A DNA stretch of 64,000 nt from Macrostomum lignano (Eukaryota), in the NCBI GenBank assembly GCA_002269645.1, contig NIVC01000511.1, positions 218,023 through 282,022 of the forward strand. Reading direction: 5' to 3'. Below the pieces are notes generated by a model. That model searched no databases and had not been told where the DNA came from. It saw only the letters and a list, made by a program, of their open reading frames with translations. Below are positions 49,418 through 63,355 of this stretch, in pieces (position 1 is the stretch's first letter; every line of letters begins with the position of its first letter). A program made the translations under genes and the position numbers.

Positions 49418-52387
49418 CGCTGATTCGGAAGCCGGTTGGTGCTGACAAGAGGGGATGCGGCATTTTCATTGGTTAATCTATAGATAATAGGCTTTCGAAT
49501 GCATTAAGCCAATAATCAAGCTATTGAATCTGCAAGCTTTGGTAGATCTTCAGAACAGACAATACGATAGAAATTGAGTTGCTAATTTTGCTTCAAAGAT
49601 GCAGATTTCACCTGGCCTGTCGTCAATCCCATAGCCAGATGGGTTTTGTGTTCAAGAGTGCGCAAAATTTACCTGTCTACTACAAGGCGTCTACCTAACG
49701 ATTTAAAGATTTTTTTACGACCGACGTTTAGTAGAAAAAAGCAAATCAATTGAAATTTGACTCTCATTTCACTGCATCAAACGAATTTAATCGCCAAAAA
49801 TATGACTGAAACAAATTTGTTCCGATTGGAAACAGAAAAAGATGATTTCGTTAATAACGAATATTTTAATGCGAATGGCAAAGGCTCAGACAAATCAGTA
49901 TCTGAGGCCAGTAACGGCAAATTGATATATTTAAATAATGAAGAAATTCAAATAGCTAAATTGACAGCCGTACCACATTCGTGAGAGCGAGTTATTTCAG
50001 GTCCAAGCACAAGCTAGAATATAAAGAGCAGCAACGCAAAGCACTATTAAAGACGTATGCGTGAGAAAATTCTTAAGTGCGACTAGTACGTGTGTACTTG
50101 AGCGGGTACGCGGAATGCACTTCATACCCCAAACCGGGCTAAACCAGATCAGAATAAATGACCACCGCTATGGCGGTGCCGGATTGTTCAACTGCTCGCC
50201 AAATCTGCAGTTAAATCTGCTTTTTCGAGTTTAAGACATTATCTTGCAAGAATGTTTTTACGCCACATTTGCTACACTCTGCGCGCGTTCGGCCTTATTG
50301 CGCAGACCTGTTTCTGTGTCTACAAACGAATTCCGGTTCAGAAAGGCGGATAGAGAAATACAGGAGGAGGAAAACACTGCGCGAAGGATACTGAAACAGT
50401 CCAGCTAAAATGGGAAGAAATTGCGTAGGCCGAAGTTGGGAGAAAATTAAGCGAGAGGCGGCGCGAGAACTTGGGTGCGGGAAGCCTAGAAAAAGCCGGC
50501 TCTACCCTACTCACACAGTCAGCAACTCACCCGCTTCCCCTTCAAGTCTTCTTTGTGCACTTTTCCTTCGCCAGATCCTCCCACTCCCTCCCCATCAGCG
50601 GCGCCTTCAGAACGGGACTCGGACTGGGATTTTATTATTGGAAGCAGCAGGAAGGACTGAAATGTGCGCAGAGAGAGACTAGGGACAGAGAGAGACAGAT
50701 AGTGGGAGCGGGCGGGGCATGTACAGAGCGCAGTGGGGGCAGTCACATCCGGTGTGTTCATTCGCGCCACCATCCAAAGCTTTCAACGCTTCCCCATCGC
50801 CCCTAAGATATAGCAATACATTGGTTACTATGCATGATCAATCGCACAGGGGGGGGGCATTGGTTCGGCCGCTCTCCATCGGTGCAGATTGCAGTTGTGT
50901 AAGGTCACCATTTACCAAGTGTTCAGGACTGGACTGGAATGCACTAGTGGCTACTTGTACTTGCAGTAAAACCGCATCCTGACCAAAGCCTACCAGCCAG
51001 TCTGCCTTGTAGATCTTCCTGGAACACAATTAGCTCTATAGATCAATAGAAATCAACTTGTCCAACTCAAATAAAAGGGGAAAGCAATAATACGAATCAG
51101 ATGGTTAGCTAAATGCACACTTGTCTGAAAGGTAAAAAATATGCATGCACTAATTGGGATCACATGACCAATGCAGATTCAGGCAGAGTTTCCAGTTTTG
51201 AATAGTTAGAAGGAAATTGGCTCAAGACTGAGTTTGAAATAAGTCAAGAAATGACATTGAATAGTAATAAACCCTATTAGTAAAATTCAAAAGTGAATAT
51301 CTTAGTAGAGTTCACATTTTAATGTTTACTAGTATTCAAACCAAAGCAAATTATTGACATGTGAAATTAAATGCAAAGAGTTAGACAAGGCATGATAATA
51401 AAAAAATTAATGCACTAAATAAGCAAATCTATTCATTTGTATAGTTGCAATTTTGGAAAGCACTTGACTATTTTACTAGCAACATAGATATATTAAATTT
51501 CGATTGATTAAAAACAATTTTATAATAACAATAGTCCATTAATAAGTATAAAAAGTGAAAATTTTTAATTTTTGGACTAATGAATTGGCTTTAGAAAATT
51601 AATTGCAAAGAAAATATTTAGTTTTAATCTTTTCTTATTAAGTCTTTCTTATAGAAAATCTAAGTTGACTATTGAAAAAAGTTTTCATCATACATGCCCA
51701 ACACCTAACCAACCTGGCCAATTTGGCCAAGTGGCAAAAGGTCTGGCCAAGGCAAGTTGCAAAATGCCAACACAAAAATTTAGATAAAAAAGAAGGGAAG
51801 AAAGAAAAAAGGCATGAGAAAAGGGAAAGGAAAGGTAGGGAAAGAGAAAAGTTAAGGAAAATGAAGGAAAAGAAGGAAAACAGACTATGTCATAGCCAGA
51901 GGCAACTAAATTGCAGCCATAGACAACTGAGGCAACTAAGTTGTATGGCCTAGTGGAGATTTGCTTTGTTGGTGTTCAATTCATTTAGCATTCTTTGGTG
52001 GTAGCATAAGCTAATTAGGAAACAGAATTGTTAAAGTGTAAGGTATAGAAAATGGAAAAGAAAGAAGAAAAGAAGAAAGGATTGCATTTGTAAGTCAAAA
52101 TTTATGGAAAAAATGAGTCACAATGACTAGGTAAAATTTTGAAATTAAGCATATATGCTTATAATAATAACTACTAGTATTGTAAGACTATATGAAAAAT
52201 AGTTCATAGAATATGTATACCACTGCTATATAAGGGTCACTGTTCCTAGACATAGCATTTCTAAGGATATTATATAAAAGCACCATACCAAGGTACTTAT
52301 TTCAAATAGCAAAACTATTACAAAGGGGTGCTATATACTTTGGATATATCATAAATAATTTGTCACTGCATGCCTATCTGAAATATA

Positions 52388-53686
52388 CGAGGGGAAGTCA
52401 AAAAGTAAAGATAGTTTTGTTGTAACGCTTAAAATATAAGAGGTATTGAAATGCAACTGGTTTCATTTGAAAAAACATCTTTTGTTCTTAATTTGACAGA
52501 GTTTTGGTTCTTCTAGAGTGATCGATTTCTGCATGATGACATTCTAATCACAGTATACCCTTTCAGCAATGGAAAATTCAAAAATCGAAGCTCGCACTAA
52601 GGTGAAGTTTCTTGTAAAACTTGGTTGGAAGACATTGGTTGAAATCATTGACGCTTTGAAGAAGGTCTATATGGACACTGCTCCACCAGATCCAACCATT
52701 TACTGCTGGATTTAGGCTTTTAAGGAAGGCTGAGAGTCCATGGAAGACGCCCAGTGGTCAGGAAGGCTCACAACATTGCGCACAGAGGAAAATGTGGCAG
52801 CTGTGCAGCAGGTACTTGAGCAGGATCGGTGCGTGACCATAGACAATATTGCTGACCAAGTGGCCATCTCTCTTGGCGGTGCTTATTCCATTGTGATGGA
52901 CTGTCTTGGTCTGAGCAAGCTGAGTGCCCGCTGGGTCCCGCGGTTGTTGCAGCCTGAACACCAGGTTCAGCGCTCTGAGTGTGCCATCAACCTGCTGAAC
53001 TGCTTGGATGCTGATTCAGAAAACTTTTACCAATGCTTAGTGACTGGGGATGAAACTTGAATATTTCAGTATAATCCTGAGTCCAAAGTCCAATCCAAGG
53101 AGTGGCTGCCAAGTTCAGCGGGCCCCAAGAAGTTCCATGCAGAAGGGTCTGCAGCGAAGGTCTTGGCCACCATCTTCTGGGATGTTAAGGGAGTGGTGAT
53201 GGTGGACTTCTTGGAAGGCCAGAAGACCATCAATGCCACCTAATATGAGTTGCTTCTGCAAAAGCTCCACTCCGAACTGGCCAAAAAGCGACCTGGCAAG
53301 CTACACCGTGTGATTCTCTTTCACTACGACAATGCACCATCCCACACTTCTTGGCTTTGCCGTGAACCCCTTTGAGATTTCTGCTGGGAAATCCTCTAGC
53401 ATCCTCCATATAGCCCTGATTTGGCTCCTTAAGACTTTTTTTGGTTCCCAAGCTGAAGGAAACAATCAAAGGAGTCCAACATGAGGACCAAGAGGCTGCC
53501 AAAAAGGCTACTGTACAGTGGCTTGCTACACAGCCTCCCAAGTTCTACGCGAATGGCCTGGAGAGATGGTGATACCGCATGGAGAAGTGTCTGACCCTGG
53601 AGGGCAACTATGTAGAAAAGTAGATTCTAATTTTAAGTTTGACACTCGTGAGAACAAAATTATCATTACTTTTTGACTTCCCCTTG
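52388..53686 (+). mobile_element. Full-length (1299 bp) inactive mariner transposon
   Basis: TIRs CGAGGGGAAGTCAAAAAGTAAAG and CATTACTTTTTGACTTCCCCTTG, flanked by TA on both sides. Confidence 0.95.
52569..53623 (+). pseudogene. Mariner DD34D transposase pseudogene
   Basis: Motifs ARWVPRLL, VTGDET, HYDNAPSH, HPPYSPDLAP, with several in-frame stops and a frameshift. Confidence 0.93.
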
Positions 53687-56600
53687 TATTAGGCATATGC
53701 ACTAGTGGGTACTGCAGCTGCAAAGTATATTTAGTGAAGCAATACCAGTTAATGATGTGCATAGGATATTTATGGCCTAGTTTATTACAAGAATTTGCTA
53801 AGCTGAGTTAGCAAGATAGCACAATGAAATCTTGTCTATACAGCAAACAAAATTACAAAAATCACTGTAAATCCCAACAAGATGCTTGCACCAAGCAGAT
53901 CCATAAGGTGTTTAGCAGCCAGGGCTTAGATGACACCCTAAACTGCCTGGTTGTTGATGATAAGACCTGACTCAACCTAGATGGCAAAGGCAACAAGGTA
54001 GACAATCATTGCCAACTAAGGACTCCAGGGCATCCTTGACCAAGAAGTCTATCTAGGACAAGAAGATCATTTTGCTAGTGCCTTTCGAGACACAAAACAA
54101 ATGAGTCTCTATTTGCACAACTTTTGCCAAACACCAAGGTCAATTGACAATATTTTGTAAACTTTGTCCCACATACTGGCAACCTTTAGTGCACTCTTTG
54201 GTCAAATCCAATTCACCTAGACAAGGTTCTATGGCAGATGAACAGCGCATAGCCATATACCTATAAGGCTAAATTAAGAATGTGAGCACTATCATTTTTT
54301 GTTATGCAATATATTTTGCCTTGTGTGAGGCATTGTCAGGCTCTTAAAATTTAGTTACAATTTATTTGTTTATTTACTTTAATTTAGCAATTTAAACAAA
54401 AATGAATTGATAAAAGTCAGAAAATGTATATAAATCAACAGTAGATTGCACAGTCTAGCAGAGTGCTCACAGGGTTGCAATGAGGGGAATAGGTGGAGAG
54501 AGAGAGAGAGAGAGAAAGAGCAATGAGCACGAGTGTATACCTAGAATACTCTAAGGAGGGCACTGGCAACATGATTGGCAAGTTGCTTATTTAGAATTGG
54601 TTTATACGATTTTATGTACAGGGCCTCAAGCACTTGTAGTATATACTCATTTGAGCACGTATGGATGGTGGAAAATGTTTTATCAATTTGGCTGTCACAG
54701 CATTCTAAGCATATCATCAGGTGGTCTTATATAGCCAATATCTTTTGCCTATGTTCTTTTCTCACATCCAGGTGTCAGGTAGTTTCACCTATGTAGGTAA
54801 TACTCTGGTTGCCAAAGCATTGAAATAGGTAAATAACACCTACCCATAAGGAGCTAGGAATGCAGCATTTCAAATTCTTAACAAATTGACCAATTTTCTT
54901 GCAATGAAAAGTGACTATGAGTTTCACATTTAAATACTTATTAAACACTCTAATAAGGTTCTGAAGTGATAGTTGATTGGGTTGTGAGCTACGTAATTGT
55001 GGGGGGTTTGTTTGTTTAACTTCGCTTAGTCACTTTGTTTGCAGCTTGCAATCTATGTGTACTTAGTAAATCATTGTGTACTTTATGCGTACTCTACTCT
55101 GTTTGATGTGCATCATAGCGCTAGCTATTGCCTCGCCCCCTAATCTAATCTCTACCATTTTGTACTCTCTCCATTCACAGTGCCACTGCATCAGTGAAAT
55201 TCAATATTTACAATATTTAAGCTATTTCTCTCGGTCTTTAACTCGTCAAGTTACTTTGGCTATTCTACAAATATATCACAAATATTCACATTCGTTATTA
55301 AGCAACAATCAGCTCCTGACTTTTGCGTCATGTCAGGTTCTTTTTAAAATGAACAGAAGCAGGTCTATAGAAAGGAATGGAGATATAGATACAGTCTGTT
55401 ATCAGCTATCTGTTCTTCTTTATTTTGTTTATTGTTTAGATTCCCAACTTTACCATCAATGAATTCCCTAATGTGGTAATTGAGGAACTGGGCTTGTTTC
55501 TGTTCATTTTAAAAGAACCTTATCATTTTAAAAGAAACAGGCTACATTGCACTGGTTATGGTAGTTAGAGGAAAAACACTTGTAGGCTAAGGTGAACAAG
55601 CTATATGAGCACTGCCAAAGGGTGATTGATATTTGATTGATATTGGGGGACTCTTTGTTGTTGAGTGGTATAGTTTTCTTCATCTGCAATTACAAAGTCA
55701 TCTGTTTTCACATTAGTGACATTACTTATGTATGACATACCCAAAGTATGTTAGTATAAATATAGTGGTTATAGTTATCATAATTTTATAGACTAAATAT
55801 TATAAGTTCATGAAAAAAATTTGGATTTTATAATTTATACTTAGAATATATTATACATCATGCTATTTATTAGTATCATTACCTGGATTTCCTTTGCAAT
55901 TCCTGTTGAAGTGACAAGCTCACTGGCAGGTCGACTATGTTCTAGTTTTGTTTCCTCTGTTTCATTTACTTCATCTATCTCTTGTGTTGGATCAAGGCGC
56001 TTTCGACCAAAAAGAAACGCTTTCTTTTTAAGCTGGTAAACATCTCTTTTTGAAAATCCTTGTGGGTACGTTTGGTAGTGACTATCGTCTTCTTCAGTCA
56101 TTATTCGGATAGTTGATTCAATCCACTTTAGTTTAGCTGTTGCTAGGCTATGTGGTGCTGATTGTGAACTGTGTTTTAAAAATGATTGCCAACCAAACAA
56201 GCGAATTAAACAGTCAGAAGTGTGAAGATGAAATAAATGCGCGAGATTTCAAATACAAAAAACACAACAACACATCGCCGTCACGGCAGCAGTGTCATCG
56301 ACATCATAAGTAAAGAAAGCACTAACTATACACAGAGGAACAGTCAAAAAGTAAGACAAGAATAAGACCTTTGTGGTAAATGCAAGCAAATAGAGATGAG
56401 TACAAGCAAATAGCTTTTTATTTAACAGTAAATTAGATCCCTTAATCCGCTTATAAACTTCTGTTTCAAGCACTATATTTAAGTAGTATTAATTGATGAT
56501 TTGATTATAGCTATTGAAATGTCGCCAACATCAATTGGCGCTATATAAGAACTTAAAAAGGAAATAAAAAATTATGTAGAAACAGTATTTTAATTTAAAA

Positions 56601-57307
56601 TTTTATATTTTTTACCTAATCTTTACGAAGTTAAGTCAGGCTTCAAATTTTTGTTTTGTTTTACTGTGTCAAAGGTTAAATTTAAGATTAGTGGGTTTAG
56701 TGTATAGCGCCGGCCGCCCTGTCCGCTGGCCACGCGCCTGCACCGATCGGCACTCGGTTTATTACTTAACTCATGCGAAAGCAGGGTGCGATACGTTGAT
56801 GTCATTCAAAGACCACGAGAAATGCATTTTACTCCTCAAAAGATTTTGTGCTTTACTGTTACGACCCCGCGAGCTCGAGCAAAGCTGCGGACTCGACCAG
56901 AGCTACGTGTCACACCACTGGACTGGAAGCTAGAATAAAACGCTCCCCCCATTTTACGCTAGTTTGACAAGGGGAAAACCAAGTTAAATATATGTAGACT
57001 AGTTCCTGTCGAGTTGGGGCACTTACAGCATCCCTTGGAGCAGCTAGGGATAGGGAAGCAGACAATTAACGAGTAAAAAACAGGGCTTGGGCACCAACAA
57101 GCTCTACTGATTTTGTGCTCGTTGTGTATTCAGTAATGTACAAATTAAGAAATTTGTCACCCTCCTTCCCCCATTTTTTCCTTAACTTGCTTCTCTGCAA
57201 GACAAAGAGTCTCGTATGATTCCTTGCATGTGCAGGTTGCCCAAATCACAAACCCATGCGCACTGCATGCTATCATTTCCAAGTGCCTGTTTCAGTACAA
57301 GCTTTTA

Positions 57308-58520
57308 ATGCTGCATGTATGCTCAGCCGACGGATTCTCAACTCGAGCGACCGCGGAATCTGCATGGCTTAGAGCCGGAACTAGCTTCCACATCTACCCT
57401 CTCCAAGACGAGAAATGGAAGCGAGCAAACCTGAAGACTTTGAGCCGGCGAAGGATTCTAAGATTTTCTCTCGCGATTTTCATCCCCATGACTTCATTGA
57501 AGCATCGGCGGACATCAAAGCCATACGCAATAAGAGAAGCGAGTCACTGTCAAGGAGATGTCTGAAGCCTGCGGCGGTTCCATCCATCTTCCCGAACGCT
57601 CCCATCTACTTCTTGTCATCTGGCCGCGACTCCGCGAGAAACAACAGTGGCATTGCCGGAACGCATTGAGAGAGAGAGCAGAGAGAGCTGGACGAAGGAT
57701 TGGAGTCGTTCTGGAAGCTGACTTCATTGCTGAGACAGACCTTCAGGAGATTCAGCGCAAGGTGGAGCAGGAAGTGACCAAGCCAGCTGGATTTCAGACG
57801 GCTATCCAGGAAAACAAGCTCCGCGTCTATATGCTAGAGACGCAGCCAATGTGCCGTGTTTCTTGCTACATCTGCCTAGAAGAAGACGTTACCGTCACCT
57901 CACCGGCAGAAGACCAATCCAACGAACTGCCGCTAAAAGCAAGCATGTTCAGCGACAGCGACCTACTACTGACTCGATGATAAAATTGACTCTCAGCCAG
58001 CTTGGGAATCTCAAGTCGATAATAAAGAATTGAACTGAAGATCCCTGCAAAGCCGAGTCGTCACCTGCTGAGAGCTGAGACCAAGGTCTCCAGTCTGCTG
58101 GATGCGGTGCAAGACCTCTTGGAGCACCTGAAGCTGAGCAGGAAGCCACCGTGCACCAAGAGGTACTCCGAGGATCTTCTTGTGTTCAAAATTGATCTAA
58201 TCCATCAGTGTCTCAGCATACGAGACCATGCTTGAGCAGGGCGCCATCTGCTTCCCATCTGATCGCACGCCGGGGTCCATAACTGCAAGAGTTGGATCTT
58301 CAAGCGGCCCTTGACAGCCAAGGCTACATGTACCTTGCGCTGCGAGCTTCAAAAGATGGAGAAAGTCCTGACCCTGGTCATCGACGAGATCTACATCGCA
58401 AGTAGGATTGAATCGGTGCCATCATTCACGGACGAAACAACAGGCCAGCCTGTGTTCGTGCTGTTCGAGCCGGTGCACAACTTGAAACACGTTTACAAAA
58501 AAAAGGCCAGAACCTGGCCT
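57308..58520 (+). pseudogene. Degraded THAP-domain / P-element (THAP9-like) transposase
   Basis: THAP remnants across a frameshift (SFHIYP..W; KIFSRDF; CLKPAAVPSIFP). Downstream P-transposase motifs LVIDEIYIASRIE and VFVLFEPVHNLKHVY. Large internal deletions. Confidence 0.75.
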
Positions 58521-59174
58521 TAATTCAATATTTTTCTCTATTAATGCCATATATTCTCATCATCAAGTCTAAATCATTATATTTGTAGCAGCAAGTTCGC
58601 CAAACGAATCGATTTCGTATGCTGTTGGTGTTTAAGACTCGATCGTAACAGCCCTCTGAGAGGTAAAATGGCCCTTAATTGTTACTCACACAATAGCTGG
58701 GAATTATGGCTGCCTCAGTAAAGTAAATTCGTGTGGGGAGCTTCCCGTCCAGTAAAGCTGTTTTTAGGAGTTCTTGCCCCGAGGGTATATATTTTAGTTC
58801 GTTATACGTAATACGTAACTGTGGGGTATAATAGCCAAATCTTATGAGAATTCTTACTTTCGAGGGTATTCAACTCTATTTTCATATTTGTACAGTTGAA
58901 CATATATAGGGTCAGTGGGAGAATGGCAGAATTATCCAATGAAAAATATTTCTGACACATTCTTAGCTAATGGGGGTAATATAAAATTAGCATCCCTCAT
59001 GTCCCATCTTGTGAAAATATTCTACAGCGAAGGGTTTCCAGCTGTTCATTGAGACAAGCTACGAGTATACTACCAAGCATGTACTCAGCAAGAGTCTGTG
59101 ACACTGTGAAATGGCTTCTGTTAGACCGCATGGTTGCAAGAGATGTTAAAGTAGAGAGATCTCCAAGAGATTTT

Positions 59175-59508
59175 CAAGGACTACTTAAATAGGACGGGAA
59201 ATTACGTTTCATAGAAAAGGTTTAGGAGGCTGGTTTTCGCCGAAAAAATACACTACGGAGATAGGAGCTTTTCATTTTTTCAGCACAAAAATTGTTATTG
59301 CTTTCGATAGGAGGCAGACAGAGTGTTCATCTTTTGATATATTGTGCCTTTCTTATAGCTCTATTGATATACATAAAGCTTTTTGTTGAGAAAATTAGGG
59401 TTCTATGTTAATTTTTTATTCTACGTATCTTCTAACCATATTCTAACCAGCCTCCTAAACCTTTTCTAAGAAACGTAGTTTCCCATCCTTCTACTTGAGT
59501 AGAACTTG
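59175..59508. mobile_element. MITE with ~60-bp TIRs
   Basis: GGACGGGAAATTACGTTTCATAGAAAAGGTTTAGGAGGCTGGTT pairs with AACCAGCCTCCTAAACCTTTTCTAAGAAACGTAGTTTCCCATCC. Confidence 0.7.
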
Positions 59509-60399
59509 GAGATCAACCAACCATGAAGAAGTTGCTCACACAGAAGCCCATACAAGTGTACACTGTAGTGACGCTGATCTGTAATATGGTATTGAACGAA
59601 GATGAGGCTCTTTTGGACATTGCACAAGCCGAACAGGAGATTGATTATCAATTTATAGAATGTACGAGCTATAAAGTTGTCTTTATGTACCTTAGAAATT
59701 ATTATGACTCGACCTATCTAATAAAGTGTAATTTATAAAAAAAAGATACATAGTAAATCGAAATTGACTCTGAATTGCTTGAAGCATTTCGAAAGAATAT
59801 ACGACAAAATTTCTTGTGAAATAAGATGGACATCGGTGCGTATGGTTAAGAGACTTGAAAAAATTGAAACTTGGTTCTGAATTCGCAAAAAGTTATAAGC
59901 ACAGAAAAATAGAAAGCGTGATTGCGGTAAAAATAATTATAATAATGGACTTACATTTTGTGGAAACTTAGCAAAACAGTTCTTGGGTTTCAAAAGCTAA
60001 ACAAGTCTTAGTTGAGCTGTGGAGGCAATTATTATAGGAGCGAAAAACTTGGCCCTGGAAACTACAGCTGGAGCTCGATACGAAATCTAATCCCTTCTCC
60101 AATAGCTGTTTCTCAAACCCTCTGATATTCATTATTTTGTGACCTGACGTGTGCAACGAAAGCACCAATTAGAGCTCTACGCCATATTTAGGCTGATGTA
60201 TCGATCGGATATTGTTTCGAAATCTACGAGTAATTTTGCTCTTCTCATGACACTTTCGTTTATAACAAGTTGAAAAAATAACTCATGTAAGCTGAGATTT
60301 CCACACTATACAAAAACAAGCTTATTGGGTTGTTGGGTTGGAATGACATGAAAATAATAAAAAAAATTGTACCGGTGACATACGGCTGAATGGAGGCAT

Positions 60400-61812
60400 T
60401 TAAAAAGTTCTGATAATCTCGGTCATGGACAGGAAGGTCGAGATCAAAAGAGAGAACAGACCGAATCCCATTAGACAGATATTTTTCATGAGTATGAGCC
60501 TCCACCAGGGCAGGGCGCTGCGCTCAGTCCAGAGCAGAACGGAGTGCAGCATCGGCGGATAGATGAAGATGATAGTGCAGCCGCTCAGACTTCCCAGCAG
60601 TGCAATCATCAGGTCCAGGTGTGGCACCAGCATTGGCACTGCGAAGCTGAACAGCACAATTGCCACGCGCAGAGAGAACTCGGCAGCGCCTCGGAATCTG
60701 GCTGACACGAGCGGCTGCAGCCAGTACCAGAGGATGTAGGCCAACAGGTAGAACTGCAGCCCGTAGCTGACGAACACGGAGAAGCTGTAGACCAGCTTGA
60801 GCGAGGCCATGTACCAGGGCGAGCTGGGCAGCGAATAGGTGATGGCCTCTTTCACATTTTCACCGTAACGCAGATAGCCGTAGAATCCGACGGCCGCGTA
60901 CATCGAAATGACTAGGTAGATTGACAGGTCCATGATGCCGCAGGTGCGCACCATGGCGTCTTTGTTGCGCAGCTTGTTCTCAATTGGCAGCACAAGGTTG
61001 ATGGACTCATATGAGAATAGCACAACGCCAAGGAAGAGTGGCAGAGTGTTGAAGCCTTTTATCGCCGGTAGGCTGGAAACGGGCCGCAGGTCCAGGCAGC
61101 AGAAGGCCACGATGCACACCAGCACGGTAGCCATGCAAGCGTTGGCCAGCAGGGCGAACGGGGCCAGCAGGCGGAGCCTCTTGAGGAACACGAACGGCAG
61201 GAACAGCAGCAGAAAGCCGGAAGTGAACCAAATCAGCGGCAGCTGGCGGCCAGTAACGTCGGACACAAAAATTTGTACATTTTCGCAGACGAACAGGTAA
61301 TAGACGGCCACGAGGCCCAGCTGGTTGATCAGCATAAATGAGTTCAACATGATGCGGCTGGCCCTAGCCAGAAACCGCAGCTTCCGAGGTCCGTACTCGA
61401 ACGCCAGGCCCGCAACCGCATCATAGTCCATGCGCTGCTGGCCGGTCTCGTCACGCAGGCGTCTGGCCACGCGGATGAGCAGCTTGGTGCAGTGCAGCGA
61501 CACCAGGGCGATCAGGGCGACGCCAATTGGCCCAGCCACGATCCCGGCGTGTCTGACTGCGCCAGGCATGGCGAGAACGCCGGTGCCAATCGTAGCCTTC
61601 AGCAAGTGCATCAGGCCTTGATTGTCGGTCAGGCTGTCGTCCTGACCGCCAGTTTCAAATTCAACATCGTGCGCGGTGGCTTTGGCGCATTCTGAGTCCG
61701 CTGCAGCGCCGCCGCCTAGCGAGGTGGTGGCGAGTATCATGTCAACGCTTTTACTCCTGCGACCTGCTGGCTTGTCGGGCCGCAGCAAGGACATGCGCTC
61801 GTCCTCGCTCAT
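60400..61812 (-). CDS. SLC36: SLC36/PAT-type proton-coupled amino acid transporter (Aa_trans family), single coding exon, 470 aa
   Basis: Motifs LMHLLKATIGTGVLAMP, GVVLFSYESINLVLPIENK, GFYGYLRYG, SYGLQFY, ALLGSL. Confidence 0.92.
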   Translation of the reverse strand: MSEDERMSLLRPDKPAGRRSKSVDMILATTSLGGGAAADSECAKATAHDVEFETGGQDDSLTDNQGLMHLLKATIGTGVLAMPGAVRHAGIVAGPIGVALIALVSLHCTKLLIRVARRLRDETGQQRMDYDAVAGLAFEYGPRKLRFLARASRIMLNSFMLINQLGLVAVYYLFVCENVQIFVSDVTGRQLPLIWFTSGFLLLFLPFVFLKRLRLLAPFALLANACMATVLVCIVAFCCLDLRPVSSLPAIKGFNTLPLFLGVVLFSYESINLVLPIENKLRNKDAMVRTCGIMDLSIYLVISMYAAVGFYGYLRYGENVKEAITYSLPSSPWYMASLKLVYSFSVFVSYGLQFYLLAYILWYWLQPLVSARFRGAAEFSLRVAIVLFSFAVPMLVPHLDLMIALLGSLSGCTIIFIYPPMLHSVLLWTERSALPWWRLILMKNICLMGFGLFSLLISTFLSMTEIIRTF

Positions 61813-62764
61813 TTCTGCTTCCGCTTTCTATACACAGATTCGTTAAGCCAACGACTTCTCTTAGATTTGTTTTTGATTTCTAAAAAGCTTCTCTCTGCTG
61901 CAGTTGAATTTATGTTCAATCAGACCTGAGCTGCGGTAGCAAAGGTTGTGATCACACTGCAGTTTTAAGGGTTGCAGAAGTTTTTATAAGCAGTACGTTT
62001 TATCTTGTGCGTCTTCTGCTTGGTTGGTACTGCAGGCGAAAGAGAGAGAAAGGCGAGTCGCGCTGCACCCCACCCCTCCCGATTCCAGTTGAAATTTCTC
62101 GTTCAGCAAAGCTGAGCAGGGCTAGCCGTACTTGCGCACAGAAAGCGTATTAGAAAAAATGGACGAATCCACAGGTGTAAAATTAATGGGTCATCGGTCA
62201 AATTTCACGCTGTTACAATTTTTAATGTACGCTCGAACGATTTTGCACTTTTCTACGGTTGAGAAAGCTACGAAAGTATAGATTGAAATGACACAGGAGA
62301 TCCTGTTGAATAAAAAGCTTGTAAACGCGTAGCTGTCAGGTAACACCATGCAGATATTACGTAATTATCTAATCTGGTTATTTCGCGGTGCAATATTTCA
62401 ATCGTTGCTTGAGGTCAACATTGTTAGAGCAAAGCGAACTGTTTCTTTTCTTGCAAGAATCTTACATACTCGTACTAATAGCAGCAAACGTGCTTTAAAG
62501 AAAGTTGAACTTCGTGACCGAGGATGAACTTAGGGTATTACAAGCTACAGAGCATGCATCGCGAAACACACGGTTATGTAACGACTCACCATAGGCGCTT
62601 CAATTAATATTTGAGGCAGCTTTGTCTGCTTTTGAATCCCAGCTGACGCTTTCTTCTTATTAATTTATTTAGCAGAAAATCTCGACGACCTTCAGAGTTC
62701 GAGTAGTAAAACGAGTTGTACCAGTGAAGTTTGAAATATTGACATGAAACTGGGAACAAGCATT

Positions 62765-63355
62765 GCAACTGCAATGGAAAACTGGACCGCATCATTGTGT
62801 CTGCAATGGAAAACTGGACCGCACCATTGTGTCTGCAATAGAAAACTGGACCGCATCATTGTGTCTGCAACAGAAAACTGGACCGCATCATTGTGTCTGC
62901 AATGGAAAACTGGACCACATCATTGTGTCTGCAACAGAAAACTGGACCGCACCATTGTGTCTGCAATGGAAAACTGGACCGCATCATTGTGTCTGCAATG
63001 GAAAACTGAACCGCATCATTGGGTCTGCAATGGAAAACTGGACCGCATCATTGTGTCTGCAACAGAAAACTGGACCACATCATTGTGTCTGCAACAGAAA
63101 ACTGGACCACATCATTGTGTCTGCAACAGAAAACTGGACCACATCATTGTGTCTGCAACAGAAAACTGGACCGCATCATTGTGTCTGCAATGGAAAACTG
63201 GACCACATCATTGTGTCTGCAACAGAAAACTGGACCACATCATTGTGTCTGCAGCAGAAAACTGGACCGCATCATTGTGTCTGCAACAGAAAACTGGACC
63301 ACATCATTGTGTCTGCAGCAGAAAACTGGACCGCATCATTGTGTCTGCAACAGAA
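62765..63355. repeat. 32-bp minisatellite
   Basis: Unit GAAAACTGGACCGCATCATTGTGTCTGCAACA, ~18 copies. Confidence 0.95.

Noticed and set aside
50157-50250. Possible THAP start (AVPDC...FFEF)
   Set aside because: There is an in-frame stop and no downstream THAP motifs; too weak to call.
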